Below, one piece after another: positions 49,493 through 61,200 of a stretch of DNA of 64,000 bases. The stretch is from an uncultured virus (IMG/VR IMGVR_UViG_3300000304_000038) (taxonomy: Duplodnaviria > Heunggongvirae > Uroviricota > Caudoviricetes). Each line of letters begins with the position of its first letter. The first letter of the stretch is position 1. Position numbers and translations under genes: made by a program. The stretch lies in the IMG/VR virus record IMGVR_UViG_3300000304_000038; one strand, 5' to 3'. The notes under the pieces were generated by a model that saw only the letters and a list, made by a program, of their open reading frames with translations, did no database searches and was not told the DNA's origin.

Positions 49493-51273
49493 TAGAAAAC
49501 CCACTCCTTATCTAATTCACATATCTCTACTAGGTCATAATCTTCTATCTTGATTTGCGGCGTTACGTTTCCCATCCATTCATTTTTTCCGCAAGTCCCG
49601 ACCACTATGATATAGTCACTCTCTAGAATCTCTTCCATTTCCTCTTGAGAGCTACCAAATTTGATATATTCTATACCACAATGCGTTATCTTGATGGTAG
49701 GATGTTTGTCAGGGCTAAGCAAGGCTACGTTACTCTCATTTACAGGTATATCCTCAACAACCACTAAGCATTCCGGCATCTCCTGTCCCCAGATGTTCAA
49801 GTCCGCAATCTCAAGAATTGCCGCCGCATTCACATTATCAGCTTGCCAGATATAGTCCACCCAATAGGTAGGAGTGAAATCAACGTCTTTGTATAGTTCG
49901 TTTGCGGCCTTTGTGAAGTTTTCCAAATCACTGGCTGCAATGCTAATCCCAGCAGCGCCTTGATGGCCCGCAACATATTCCGTATATCCAGTTGCCTCAC
50001 ACATATCCTTCATATTGTCTATTGGACAATGAGAGTAGTTTCTAAGTGAGCCTCTATAATAGTCTTCCTTATCCCCGGCTTTTCTCGTGCGGCGAGCTAC
50101 GATGCAAGGATGTTGATACTTGGCTTGTACTTTATTTGCTACGAGGCCGCAAACGCTAGACTCTACCTCGTTTGGCTCGCATGTGAGGAGGATGATGGCA
50201 TTATCTGTCAGATGCTCTTCCTCTATTCTCTTGGCGAATAAGTCCATAGCTTCTTGTGCGAGCTTATCTTGATTTCTCTTTACCCTTTCTGCTGCTGTCA
50301 CGGCCTCTTGGTATCTATATACCTCGATGCCGCTTTCGCCTCTCTTGGAGGATGGCACCTTATCAAAGGCAAAACGAGTGAGCATGGCTTGGAATACCAT
50401 ATGCTTGTCTGCCATAGTTCCCGTGCGACAGACAGCATTCACGAATGGAACCGCCGCAAACGCCATGCTCAGATAGTTTATTCCGCCTCGTTTTTGGAGG
50501 GTATAGTCATGCTTCTTACATAGCTCGTGTAGGAATGGATTCTTGATATTAGAAAAGCCTACGTTGATGATACCTCTGATTTCTAGCTGTCTAGAATCTG
50601 CCATATCAGCGCAATTTCCAATAGCACACAAGTCCATGAATTCATCTGGCTGATTGCCGTGGATATACAAATCTTCAAAGGCAGAGATGAATTTATATGC
50701 GACTCCCGCACCAGTCAATGCCTTATTAGGATAATCTTCCAATTGAATGTTCACAATGAGGGCGGGGTCAGAATCAATCATATCTGGGTCTTCTACTAAG
50801 TGGTGGTCTAACACGAGGCAGTCAATTCCCAACTCATGCAACTCTTGGTGCTCGTCCCAGTCGTTTGTGCCGCCATCGGGGCTGATTACGAGCTTGCAAT
50901 CATCGAATATATCAGACATAATATCTGACAACCCGTGGTCTTTCCCTTTGTGGTGTATGTAGAATAGATGATGCTCTACCCACTCCGGAAATCTCTTCCA
51001 TAGATAGTTATAAATTATGGCGCTGCTTGAAAAGCCATCATAATCGCAATCTACAATAATTTGAACCACATCGTCATTATCAATATGCTTCTTTAGCATG
51101 GCACAAGCATCTTCTAGGATGGGAAGGGCTGTCCAATCATAGATACTCTCCCATCCAGCATCAAGCCACCTTTCTTGTTCTTGCGGCGAGTTGATACCTC
51201 TGTCGTACATTATGTGCTGAGTCGCTGTTATAAACCAATCAGGACATGCTTGTGTATATAACTTGTAGTTTAT
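49492..51273 (-). CDS. recJ: RecJ-like ssDNA exonuclease (probable ATA start)
   Basis: 'DCDYDG', 'HG', 'LDHH', 'GAGV', 'GS.R', 'GH..AAG'. Confidence 0.88.
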   Translation of the reverse strand: MNYKLYTQACPDWFITATQHIMYDRGINSPQEQERWLDAGWESIYDWTALPILEDACAMLKKHIDNDDVVQIIVDCDYDGFSSSAIIYNYLWKRFPEWVEHHLFYIHHKGKDHGLSDIMSDIFDDCKLVISPDGGTNDWDEHQELHELGIDCLVLDHHLVEDPDMIDSDPALIVNIQLEDYPNKALTGAGVAYKFISAFEDLYIHGNQPDEFMDLCAIGNCADMADSRQLEIRGIINVGFSNIKNPFLHELCKKHDYTLQKRGGINYLSMAFAAVPFVNAVCRTGTMADKHMVFQAMLTRFAFDKVPSSKRGESGIEVYRYQEAVTAAERVKRNQDKLAQEAMDLFAKRIEEEHLTDNAIILLTCEPNEVESSVCGLVANKVQAKYQHPCIVARRTRKAGDKEDYYRGSLRNYSHCPIDNMKDMCEATGYTEYVAGHQGAAGISIAASDLENFTKAANELYKDVDFTPTYWVDYIWQADNVNAAAILEIADLNIWGQEMPECLVVVEDIPVNESNVALLSPDKHPTIKITHCGIEYIKFGSSQEEMEEILESDYIIVVGTCGKNEWMGNVTPQIKIEDYDLVEICELDKEWVF

Positions 51274-51277
51274 AGTA

Positions 51278-51505
51278 TCACCTCGCTTTGCTTCTTAGTA
51301 TGTGTTCGGCTAGATATTTTTCGCTATCTGGTTCGACCCAAATGGATTCTACATTATATTTTTCTTCTTGAGCATTACACCATCTAAGACAATCAAGTTC
51401 ACTTTCAAAGAATTTTATATACTCCTTGTGGCTTCCATCTTGAAGATAATATTCATTCGGTATCATATGATAGGCCGCATATATAGTGTATTTAGTCATC
51501 ATCAA
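51278..51505 (-). CDS. Hypothetical protein
   Basis: 75 aa, tightly packed, GAGG RBS. Confidence 0.6.
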   Translation of the reverse strand: MMMTKYTIYAAYHMIPNEYYLQDGSHKEYIKFFESELDCLRWCNAQEEKYNVESIWVEPDSEKYLAEHILRSKAR

Positions 51506-51698
51506 CCTCGATTACCCTCATGCGATATCCATGTATGGTGCAATATTCTACACACTTCTTCTTCTTTTTGAAGGTCTTGTGAACCATCTCTGGGTATTTC
51601 TGCGTGTAGAAATTATTCTCTTGTCTCCCGTTTACAACAATTGGGATACCTTTTCTTACTTCCTCGTGGCAAGGTGTATATGCTTGATAAACCTTCAT
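51492..51698 (-). CDS. Hypothetical protein
   Basis: 68 aa, ATGA overlap with the primase. Confidence 0.55.
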   Translation of the reverse strand: MKVYQAYTPCHEEVRKGIPIVVNGRQENNFYTQKYPEMVHKTFKKKKKCVEYCTIHGYRMRVIEVDDD

Positions 51699-52768
51699 AG
51701 AAAAATCCTATCTCTCCAAAGCTCCATAAACACTTCTTTTCCTTGGTCTGTTGGGCTGCTCTTATATGGCAACAAAGCTCCGCTCCTATCGTAGAGAAAA
51801 CTCACGTTCACCTCAGAGCTGAATTTCCTATACAGCTTTTCCCAACGAGTAGTTGCTCTCTGCCAATCACTGTCTCCAATAGAGTTCCAGTCGTTATCAA
51901 AAGCAATACAAAGCTCGTTTATTCCAAGGTCTTTCAGAAGTCTGAACTGATATTTGGAAATGCTAGAGCCGCAAACCGCCACACCAATAGAGGAAGAGGT
52001 TCCCAGATAGTTCATGGTCTGGAGAGCTGACTTCTCGCTCTCAAATACGATGGCTATTTGCATAGCGGCGATGTTCTCTCTTACCTTATTCAATCCATAG
52101 AGATTGAATGCTAGAGGGTGATTGAACATCCTGTTGCCATCTTTCCAAGGTCTATACTTGCCCCACACTTCCTCCTCTTGGACAAGGGTTCTCTGACGTA
52201 TTCCAACGAGCCTATCGTTTTCGTCATAGTGCGGAATCAGAATGGCTCCGGCTATGGGGTCATATCGAATGCCCATGAAGTCACAGACCTCTTTTGAGAT
52301 ATGCTCCCTTTCCCAAGGTAGGATATGCGGCTGAGGGTAGTTGTCAATGATATGCGGCTCGATTTCCGGCAGAACAACCTTCTCATTATTGATTTTGATA
52401 GAGGCAAGCTTCTCGTATGTCTCAATCGTCTTCCACTCGTCTCTATCTATCGCAGAATCGTCCGCAGTATCAAGCTTGCTGAACAGGTTGAACATGTTGA
52501 CTATATAGTTGATTGCGGTGTCCAAATCAACTTGTTGAACCCTTTGGACTAACTCGAATATATCAAACGAATCGCCGCAATCTGTATAACAGTGGCATAG
52601 TCTTGTGTTTAGGTAGAGATATAACTTGCGGGAATCGCCACCGTGGCAGATTGTCTTACATTCGTAATACTCACCCATATCTCTTGGCTCTGCGCCAAGC
52701 TGTTCCAATAGCTCAAAGATATCCTCGTCTGTAAGGGCATCTTTGACCTCGTTCTTATCGTAACCCAA
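51695..52768 (-). CDS. dnaG: DNA primase
   Basis: N-terminal Zn finger 'CH...CYTDC'; TOPRIM 'FESEKS' and 'FDND'. Confidence 0.85.
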   Translation of the reverse strand: MGYDKNEVKDALTDEDIFELLEQLGAEPRDMGEYYECKTICHGGDSRKLYLYLNTRLCHCYTDCGDSFDIFELVQRVQQVDLDTAINYIVNMFNLFSKLDTADDSAIDRDEWKTIETYEKLASIKINNEKVVLPEIEPHIIDNYPQPHILPWEREHISKEVCDFMGIRYDPIAGAILIPHYDENDRLVGIRQRTLVQEEEVWGKYRPWKDGNRMFNHPLAFNLYGLNKVRENIAAMQIAIVFESEKSALQTMNYLGTSSSIGVAVCGSSISKYQFRLLKDLGINELCIAFDNDWNSIGDSDWQRATTRWEKLYRKFSSEVNVSFLYDRSGALLPYKSSPTDQGKEVFMELWRDRIFL

Positions 52769-55430
52769 CTATACCACCTTCTTAGTGGTGGCGTTGATGT
52801 TCAATCCGGGAATGTCGTATGGCTGCAACTTCCAATCTGTCGTACCTATTGGATAGAAACGACAAGTGCCTTTGTCCGCGTATATCCATACGTAACAATT
52901 CACATATTTGCCACGACGGTTCTTATATATGGAAAGCTTTTGATTTGGCATATGCCCCCAGACGCTAGGCCAATTAGCCGCATTCAAATCCTCTTCATCT
53001 TCTTTTGTGACATTGAGAAGAATGCTGCCAAGGTCGATTTTATCTGCGATACTCTTCGACCCCCTTAGCAAGTTCTGGTCTGGAATTGAATCTGTTTTCC
53101 AACTCGCGTTCTCTATTGTTTCCAATAGTGCTGACTATATCTTATTCTATAAAGAAAATTCTGTTTCGCTTTTCATTTGCTTCGTTACCTAAAACAAAAC
53201 TACGTATCAATAGTAGTGCTACTTCCCGGCCCATGTAGACTGAGGGAATAGTCGATACACGTTCATTATAGCTGAATCCATAAGCCTATTTTCCTATCAA
53301 AGAAAGGAATTGCATCATAACAAGTTCCTTTTCTGTAAATAATAGCATCAATGGTTTTTGGTCTTATTTCTGGAAAAGAATTGTAAATTTCTTCTAAAGG
53401 ACAATAGGTAGCATATTTTTGTCTAATTTTATAAGCTGTTTCAAGAGAACATGCTCGTTTAGCCTGATTCGGTAGAGAGTTTACAACACATTTAGATATC
53501 CCTGCGTTTTTTCTAAGAGGATAATTTAATTCCTCTTTATGCCAATTTTTCCCTTTGTTAATATTGCAAACAGTAGCAGGTGATACATTGTATTTTTTGG
53601 CTATTTCTCTTAGAGTTAATTTGTTTTCTAAAATTAGTTGAATAATATTATCAACTTCTACTTGGGTAAGTTTAGCTTGAGAATGCTGTTCCCCTGATAG
53701 GTTAAATCCTTTTTGGCCTCCGTCTGCTAGATTATATCCAATATTTGGGTCTTTAGCGTGATAGTATTTAATCCAATGCCGTTCTCGTTCGTCTAATTGG
53801 TCTTGTTCGCAGAATTCAATCACTTCAACCGTAACATTTTCTAACCCATACTTATGCATGGCTCTATGGATGGGAAGATTACTATCTTTTCTTCCTCCGC
53901 GAGCCGACCTAATATGTCCTTGGAAACGAACATATAAATCTACCGCTTGTCCTATGTATATTTTAGAGTTTTGTAAAATTGTAATTTTATAAATCCCAGA
54001 ACTATGATTCAAATCATTTATCATTTATACACCTCTTCTCTGTAAAAAAAGTGCATATGATAATCCAGCTATAATTATTCGCACGGGATTAGCATGGTTT
54101 CTTTACTTTAGCTTCCCCCGTTGGCAACTTAATTTAATAAGCTACTTCGTTGATAAAACGATTAAAAATTACCGCCAATTTCAAAATAGATTTTAGCGTT
54201 CAGTTGTGTCGCTGATTCAATAAAGATATTATATTGAACAGCTAATTCTTTTAGTCTGGTAGAAAGAAGATATAAAACACTATCTTCTCGCATGTTAGAT
54301 ATCTTCGCTTTGCCGCCCACTTCTTCAAGAATGCCAAGAGATGTACTAAGATAATCGTAAAAGATATAATTACATTTATCCTGAATATGAGCTTTTTTTA
54401 TAGTATTCTCAACATCCGATACTGTAAAGTTAGGAAGCTGTTTGAAAAATAACGGGGCACCTCTTAGTTCTTCTTTTGCTTGTTTTAGAATCTCGAACTC
54501 TTGCGGAGTCAATTGGCGAGAAATAATTTTTTCCTCGTTTATATTTGAGATAAAAGAAAGAGCTAAGGTAAACAGCTCACTATCGTCTAGCTCCGTGGAG
54601 ATAAAAAGGACTCCTTCTCTTTGACCGTCTACATCATCGCAGATAGGAATCCATTCTCCATCGATGATAATTTTTCTACAAGCAAGCATACAAGCATCAG
54701 CCATCATATACCTTGTCTTTCCGACACCCGATGCTGCTGAACGAATAAAGAACTTTCCTTTTCTCGCCCCAAACGTAACCCTATTCAGAATGCCAGAATA
54801 TACTTCGTCAAAGCCGCCGAAACAGAATGGCATTCCCACTTCCGGGGAACTCTGTAATCCCTCCCAGAGAGCGTCAATCTTGTCCCCAAGCCGCATGGCA
54901 TCTTCTTCACCCTTGTTTACTGTCTCAACACGGACTAGAGATACCTTATTCTCGATTCTTTCGGCCACATCTGATAAGCTAAGTTGGTCTAACTGATTGA
55001 GTTGTTTTTCTTTCTTTTTAGGTTCTATGAGGTTGTTTGGGTCATAGAGCCAAGTAACATCGACGCCCGCATCACAGTAGTTGCGTAGCAAGGTCATTTT
55101 CTTCACTTTGTCGTAGTAGTATTTGAAAGACTCTGGCTCCGCATATTCGATTGCGTTTCTCAGATATTCTGGACCATTTGCGGCCTTGTAGGTGACTGAG
55201 GCATTCTCACGTCCCTTGATATAGTTCTCAACGTCCATGAGAGTGATTACCTCAGCACCATTCGCATATAGATTGGAGGCGGCTCCGTATATAATCCTAT
55301 GTGCCTCGTTCACAAAATCTTGTGAAGTGAGAAAATATTGTCCGTTCTGGTCTAGGAGAGATGGCTTCTTGAATATACATCCAAGCACTTGTCGCACGGC
55401 ATCGGTATCATAAAAACTCTTGCTATCCAC
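52769..55430 (-). CDS. dnaB: DnaB-like replicative helicase, two exons (55430-54195, 53104-52769)
   Basis: Walker A 'SAASGVGKT', 'YDYL', spliced 'TQLNA|SW', 'LRGSKSIADKID', 'KNRRG'. Confidence 0.9.
53105..54194 (-). mobile_element. Group I intron in dnaB
   Basis: GCU| ... GCG|; AATCCCGTG, GTATCGACTA, ATATAGTCAG core. Confidence 0.87.
53266..54024 (-). CDS. Intron-encoded GIY-YIG homing endonuclease
   Basis: 'SGIYKI...KIYIGQA...R...H...ERE..WI.....GYN'; HTH tail. Confidence 0.9.
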   Translation of the reverse strand: MINDLNHSSGIYKITILQNSKIYIGQAVDLYVRFQGHIRSARGGRKDSNLPIHRAMHKYGLENVTVEVIEFCEQDQLDERERHWIKYYHAKDPNIGYNLADGGQKGFNLSGEQHSQAKLTQVEVDNIIQLILENKLTLREIAKKYNVSPATVCNINKGKNWHKEELNYPLRKNAGISKCVVNSLPNQAKRACSLETAYKIRQKYATYCPLEEIYNSFPEIRPKTIDAIIYRKGTCYDAIPFFDRKIGLWIQL

Positions 55431-55441
55431 ACCCCTCCCAT

Positions 55442-55822
55442 CTAGTCAATCTCAAAGTAATATATTCCAATGGGCTTCTTGATTGACGTTATCTGAGCTG
55501 TCACTTCCTCTGTATTTTGTGGCGAATCCTTTCTCTTGGAGTTCTCCTTGGCTATCGCCTCAAGCCTTCGACGTTCTTTCCAATAGGCACGAGACTCATT
55601 GATAATATAGGGGACTATTCCTATGCCTCCATTCGTTATCTTGGCATCGGTCGGATTTCCCTTTATCTCGAACCAGTATTTGATTGCATCAGCCATATCA
55701 TCGTTGTTGATACCGTCCTTGCGGTATTCGGCTGTCTGCTTGGTACAGATCGTCCTATTGTAATCCTGTTGGAAGATACTCTGTATGTACTCTAGTAAGT
55801 CTTGATTTCTAAAACGCTTCAA
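55442..55822 (-). CDS. Hypothetical replication-associated protein
   Basis: GGAGG RBS with TTG at 55822; 'GIGIVPY' motif; upstream of the helicase. Confidence 0.6.
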   Translation of the reverse strand: MKRFRNQDLLEYIQSIFQQDYNRTICTKQTAEYRKDGINNDDMADAIKYWFEIKGNPTDAKITNGGIGIVPYIINESRAYWKERRRLEAIAKENSKRKDSPQNTEEVTAQITSIKKPIGIYYFEID

Positions 55823-55843
55823 AGCACCTCCCCATATATAGAT

Positions 55844-55884
55844 AAAAAGGAGGGTACAGCTAGTCAAGTAAGCCGTACCCTCCT
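55844..55884 (-). terminator. Terminator
   Basis: AGGAGGGTACGGCT / AGCTGTACCCTCCT followed by a T-run. Confidence 0.75.
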
Positions 55885-55898
55885 CTCAGATAGTTATA

Positions 55899-56906
55899 TC
55901 AGATTCCGTTTTCAATTTCTGTGCGTAGATCATCTACGATTAGTGCAAGCTGTTCGACTTGTTCTGAGGTAATGTCACGCACCTTCTTTCCCTTGCCGAG
56001 ATACTTGGAAGTAATCTCTACAATCTTCGGACCCCAGACCTTGTTGAAGTCCTCCTTAGAGACGTTCTGCTGAACGGCCTTGGTCATTTTATTGAACTCG
56101 CTTAGGAGAGCATCGAAGTCTAGTTCCTCTACCTCTGTTTGAGCTTCTTCCTTCGTTTCAACAACACTACCCTTACCGCTTTCCTTCTCTTGGGCATCAA
56201 TAGCGTCTCCAATAGCCTTGACTAGATTATCATAAGTAAACTCAATATAATCTGGAGTATACTTGAATCGAGAACCAGCGTCAAATCTAGGGGTGCCACG
56301 CATAAAGAGAAGCGTGCGAATAGCTCCATCTTCTTCTTGGACAGGACGAGCATAACCAATGATATCGCTCATACGATCAACTACAAGACGTGGTTGGTTA
56401 CCAAGAGTAGGAACAATTTTGTTATATTCGTTACCGTCCTCGTCGGTGAAGGTCTTGTCCTGTGCGTGACTAATCATAATGAGGCCATATCCCATTTGCG
56501 GAATTGCTCGAAGGGCTTCATCAAATTCTCTCTTGGCTTGAGTATAGCCGCCGCCATAAGGAATTTCAGCAATCTTGCTGACTCCATTAGCATCACATAC
56601 ATACTTCTCACAAAGGTCAAAAGCAATATCAGCAGTATCTACAATAATATTATCGTACATAGCATGAGCATCATCAGATTTTAGCTGCTTGATAATTTGT
56701 TTGAATTCTGACCAACGACTAACTGGAACAGCACGAATATTGGGAATTGCTGAATATCCAACTTCAAATCCTAGAAGAAGAGAGTTAGGAAAACGACAAG
56801 CGGTTGTGGTCTTGCCGGTTTTGGGCTGGCCGTAGAATAGAATCGTATATCCTTTGAGGTCTCGACTAATCTTATGCGGCTCGATGCTTAGAATATCAAT
56901 TGCCAT
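55899..56906 (-). CDS. AAA-domain NTPase (Sak4-like)
   Basis: 'YGQPKTGKTT', 'IIVDT', 'MISH', 'DIIGY'. Confidence 0.85.
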   Translation of the reverse strand: MAIDILSIEPHKISRDLKGYTILFYGQPKTGKTTTACRFPNSLLLGFEVGYSAIPNIRAVPVSRWSEFKQIIKQLKSDDAHAMYDNIIVDTADIAFDLCEKYVCDANGVSKIAEIPYGGGYTQAKREFDEALRAIPQMGYGLIMISHAQDKTFTDEDGNEYNKIVPTLGNQPRLVVDRMSDIIGYARPVQEEDGAIRTLLFMRGTPRFDAGSRFKYTPDYIEFTYDNLVKAIGDAIDAQEKESGKGSVVETKEEAQTEVEELDFDALLSEFNKMTKAVQQNVSKEDFNKVWGPKIVEITSKYLGKGKKVRDITSEQVEQLALIVDDLRTEIENGI

Positions 56907-56920
56907 TTACTAAGACCTCC

Positions 56921-57886
56921 TTAGAATGGGAAATCATCGTCAAAGCTGGCAACAGCCTTCTTCTTCGGGGCCGCAGCCGTGCTTGCACTTGCGGGGAAAC
57001 CAGCCTGACCGCCCGCAGAGTTGTTACGAGCCTCCGCACGAGCTTTCACATCCGCAAGACGCTCCTCGCGGTGGGCAACCATGCGCTCTAGATCAGATTG
57101 CTCGACAGTCTCAGCAGAAAGGCCAAGATTGATGTTGGCACCCTCAACATCCCAAGTGCGAAGAGTGCGGGTAGATTCGGTAACATTAACCGCACCAAAG
57201 CCTACCTGAGAGTCATCAACCTCGCGTTCGATGTGCTGGATGCTGGAATGAATCTCGCCCCAGACCTTGCCAAAGTAAGGCTCAGAAGGAGTAATGTCAC
57301 AATCCTCGAAGAACTTCTGACCAGCCTCACCCGGAACAGAGAAGGTCACTGGGAAGATGTTGTCACCCCAGCCAAAGACAAAGCCCTTTAGCTCCATGTA
57401 CTCGTCACCAGTCTGACTCTCGCGCATAACCGCGTTCTGAGCGAGCATATCCGCAGAGAACTTGGCACAAGGAGTGGTCTGCTCGGTTGCAGTAAGCATA
57501 TGGCAGAACTGACCAGTTACCTGCTTGGGACTTACAAGTTCGCCCTCACGAGTGACCCAATCATTAGTCTCAATGCTACCATCAATGCGGACTCTTGGAG
57601 CACTTTCCTTGCCGTCATTCTTCCAAGAGGAGCCGTCCATAAGCTGACCAAGACAATCATAGGTGTCGTTGTTCTTGCCATTCTTGTAGGTGCGGCGAGT
57701 ACCGAGGAAACCCCAAGAGACGCGAACGATGTTCAGTCCATCTTCGTCAGTTGCGATGTCGGTCCAACCACTGATGAAGTCCATGTCAGGAGTGTTAGCT
57801 GTCGAAGAAGTCTTACGCTCGTCTAGCTTATAATCCCAAACCCATCCTCTGATTGAAACCTTGTTCTCAAATCTGTCTTTTGCCAA
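56921..57886 (-). CDS. Single-stranded DNA-binding protein
   Basis: Two OB-like halves, acidic tail DDDFPF. Confidence 0.8.
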   Translation of the reverse strand: MAKDRFENKVSIRGWVWDYKLDERKTSSTANTPDMDFISGWTDIATDEDGLNIVRVSWGFLGTRRTYKNGKNNDTYDCLGQLMDGSSWKNDGKESAPRVRIDGSIETNDWVTREGELVSPKQVTGQFCHMLTATEQTTPCAKFSADMLAQNAVMRESQTGDEYMELKGFVFGWGDNIFPVTFSVPGEAGQKFFEDCDITPSEPYFGKVWGEIHSSIQHIEREVDDSQVGFGAVNVTESTRTLRTWDVEGANINLGLSAETVEQSDLERMVAHREERLADVKARAEARNNSAGGQAGFPASASTAAAPKKKAVASFDDDFPF

Positions 57887-57934
57887 AATAATCTCCTATT
57901 CAGTTGTAAAAGAACTTCTTGACCCTAATATTCT

Positions 57935-58189
57935 CTACTCCTTCTCGGCATAAGGGTCAGCGGCAAGACCTTCGTCAGTTAGACGAACATACTTCACAGT
58001 CTTACCGTCAATCTCTGCCTCCTCACGTACAGCAAGACCACGACGAGCGAGACCAGTCACGCAGCCATTGACGGTGCGGGGAGCTAGAGAAACAGCCTCC
58101 GCAAGGTCGTTCGCGGTCATATTGACGTTAGGATTGTCCTGAAGGAAATTTAGAATTACCTGTGCATTGTCTGAAAACATCTGAGCCAT
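57935..58189 (-). CDS. Winged-HTH DNA-binding protein
   Basis: 'T..DLAEA....RTV...V..L.RRGL..R......V.LT..G'. Confidence 0.8.
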   Translation of the reverse strand: MAQMFSDNAQVILNFLQDNPNVNMTANDLAEAVSLAPRTVNGCVTGLARRGLAVREEAEIDGKTVKYVRLTDEGLAADPYAEKE

Positions 58190-58240
58190 TTTATACTCCT
58201 TTTCTCTCTAGAACAATAGTTCTTTTTTCTTGCTAAACCT

Positions 58241-58270
58241 ATTATACCCAAATCCTTTTTTCTAAGTCAA
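58241..58270 (-). promoter_or_regulatory. Sigma70/SigA-type promoter
   Basis: TTGACT-N18-TATAAT. Confidence 0.7.
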
Positions 58271-58296
58271 TACTCTGACCCGATATTTTTTGAGCA

Positions 58297-61200
58297 TCAA
58301 GCTATATTTTTTCCTACACTCCCAAGCTTGCCACAGACCTTGTTTCCTTTATTAGTCAAAACGGCTTGCTCGATTCTGTCATTCGCCGCAAGCTTCATCG
58401 CCTTGCGACCGGGACTTGCCTTGGCAAGAAGGGAAACATCATCAACGTTCAACAGCAGTTGCTTCTTTGTGGTTGTCAATGCAAGGCACTCGTAGTCCTC
58501 GCAACATTGGATACCGACAACCTCAGCCGCATCGTGAAGTTTGACAATCGGCATACCCTTTAGATTCTGGGTGGCGCCATTCAGATCACTTGACTTCACT
58601 CTCTTGGAATAGCCATCACTTGTCGTAATTATGATGCTATCTTCGCATCGAGGGGTGGTGAACGTCACGATTCTTTCTTGCGGCTGGAAGTCTAGAATGG
58701 TACCAAGAGCTGTTCCCTTGTCAGAGTTCAAGCATTCCTTGAACGTAGATGTCTTTACCCTGAATGCCCGTCCAAGAGACGAATAGAATACGACAAGTTC
58801 GTTGTTCTCTACCTTCTCCTCGCGGACGTTATTAGGACTCGTGCGGAACTTGGCAACCGGGACGGACTTTACGTAGCCGTTCTTGTCGAGACATATGATT
58901 ACGCTGTGCGGCAGTTCCTTCTGCTTTTCTTTTGGAGACTTCTTCTGAATCTCCTTGTTGATTACTTGCGTGCGGCGCGGAGTTCCAAATTCCTCTGCGA
59001 GATTGACAAGCCTCTCAATGAGAATGTCTTTTTGTGCCTCTTTAGACTCAACAATAGTCTGTAGTTTCTTTGCAAGCTCTCTTTTGGCCGCAAGTTCATC
59101 TAGAATCTCTTGTTTTTCTAGATGGGCAAGTCTACTTAGTTTCAAGGCAAGGATAGCATCCGCTTGTCTTTCTGTCAAACCTAGTTTGTTAGTCATATAT
59201 GCTTTTGCGTCAGCCGCGCTCTTGGAGCTTCTGATTAGCTTGATAACGTTATCAATCCCATTATAGGCACGCTCTAATCCTTCAAGAATCTCTATCCTAT
59301 CGAGAGTCTTATCTAGGTCAAATTGATATTCTCTCTTGATACAGGATAGATTATGATCTTTGTATATGCGGCATACGTCCTCTAGGTTCAGAAGTGTTGG
59401 TGTCTTAGAGACAACAGCCATCTGATTTACATTTATCTGTGTTCTGAGCGAGGTATATTGAAATAGCTCTTCTAGTAGAGTTTGCACTTTGGCCGCAGAC
59501 GTAGCTTCCACCACAAGAAGGGTTCTCTTCTTGTCTGTTCTATTGGAACAGTCAGCGAAACCATCAAGCTTTCCCTCTTCATAGGCTTTTTTGATTTCTT
59601 CTACAACAGGTTCAATATAGACTTGGTGTGGAAACTCTGTGAAGTATATCTCCTTACCGACAAGCTCATATCTAGCTTCTAGAATGATGCGGCCTTTGCC
59701 GGTTTGGTTTATCTTCCCAAGCTCGTCTTTGTTGATGATAGTACATCCTGTTGGGAAATCTGGGTAGTAACTATCATTTTCTACTTCTGATGTTTTCAGA
59801 TAATTGACCAGAAGATTTGCGGTTTCTTGAAAATTATGGAGCGTCCATACATTTGCGACAGATACTCCGATGCCCTGCGAACCATTTACCAATAGACGTG
59901 GGAAGATAGCAGGGAGAACCGTTGGCATTTCTTCGTCTTCTGAGAAGTTGAGCATCATGTCAACCGCATTCTTATTGATACCATCCAAGAGACCTTGCTC
60001 TGTTATCTTAGAAAGCCGCACCTCCGTATATCTATCTGCGGCGAAAGCATCAGAGCCGAGAACAACGTTTCCGTTTGCACCGTGGAAATCAATCTCAGGA
60101 TTGTTATTGGTAAATGGCTGAGACATATGGACAAAAGTCTCGTAGATTGCCTGTGTCAATTTTTGTTATCCTAAAGGCTTTTTATCCTTTAGTTCTTATA
60201 GTTTCCTATAAGGTCGGCATATCTTTTCTATTATATATAAATAGTTGCTGTCTCTTGGAAGGATTATATTCTCTTGCGAGTTTCACCTTCTATGCTCTGC
60301 CCCTGACTAAAATGTTACCTTTAGCCTTCGGTTCGGGTTAGCATAGCTTTTATAAGCTTTAGCCTTCCCGCTTAGTACAGCAATTTTAGCACGGCACACA
60401 GTTTTTTCTTTTTAGATATAGTTGGTACTTTCTGTCTAAATAGATATCTGCGTGTTGATACAAGATATCTAGTGCTCTATTAGCTAGTTTTTTTGAAGTA
60501 ATATTGAAGCGATATATGGTTCCGTGTTTGAGGATATTATTTGGAATTTTTTCTATCAAAGTTTTTTCAAAAAAATTTTTGACATAGAGACAGGTTTCAA
60601 AAGAACCTACTATACCAATTCTATCGTCATAAGTGCTAATATATCCATCTCCGTCAAAAATTCCTCTAACATAGGCAGCAGCAAGATTGTTATCGCCTAA
60701 AATAGTAGGTATTTCTTTACCACTTTTTGCACCAGATAAGCCATATTGCGATAGATTTTGAACAATATTTTTATTGCTTATTTTGATTACGTGGCACAGA
60801 TTATCTTGAGTATACGCCCCACCGCTACAATCTTTGATAATATGATTAGAGTTATACCCTAAATATTTAGCAAATTTTTCTAAATGTCTTTTATCTTTAT
60901 GAGCCAGTTTGATTTGTAATAAAGGTTTTTTGTCACTATCGGATACATATCCATCTGCTAAAATAAAACCCAGCCAATAAGCATCTTGTTCATTTTGGAT
61001 TCTATCAAACGCATTTGTATTATAACTATATCTCATTTTTCATACCCATCTCTAATCTTTTTGGGTATAAGAACAAACTGTTTTTATTCTACCGTGCGGC
61101 CACCAGTTAGCTGCAACTCCGCCGTCTACCTTTGCAGACTTTACGTGCGGCTTCTTTGAGGAGTATCCTTTGGTATACATCTCCCAAAGAATGCACCTTT

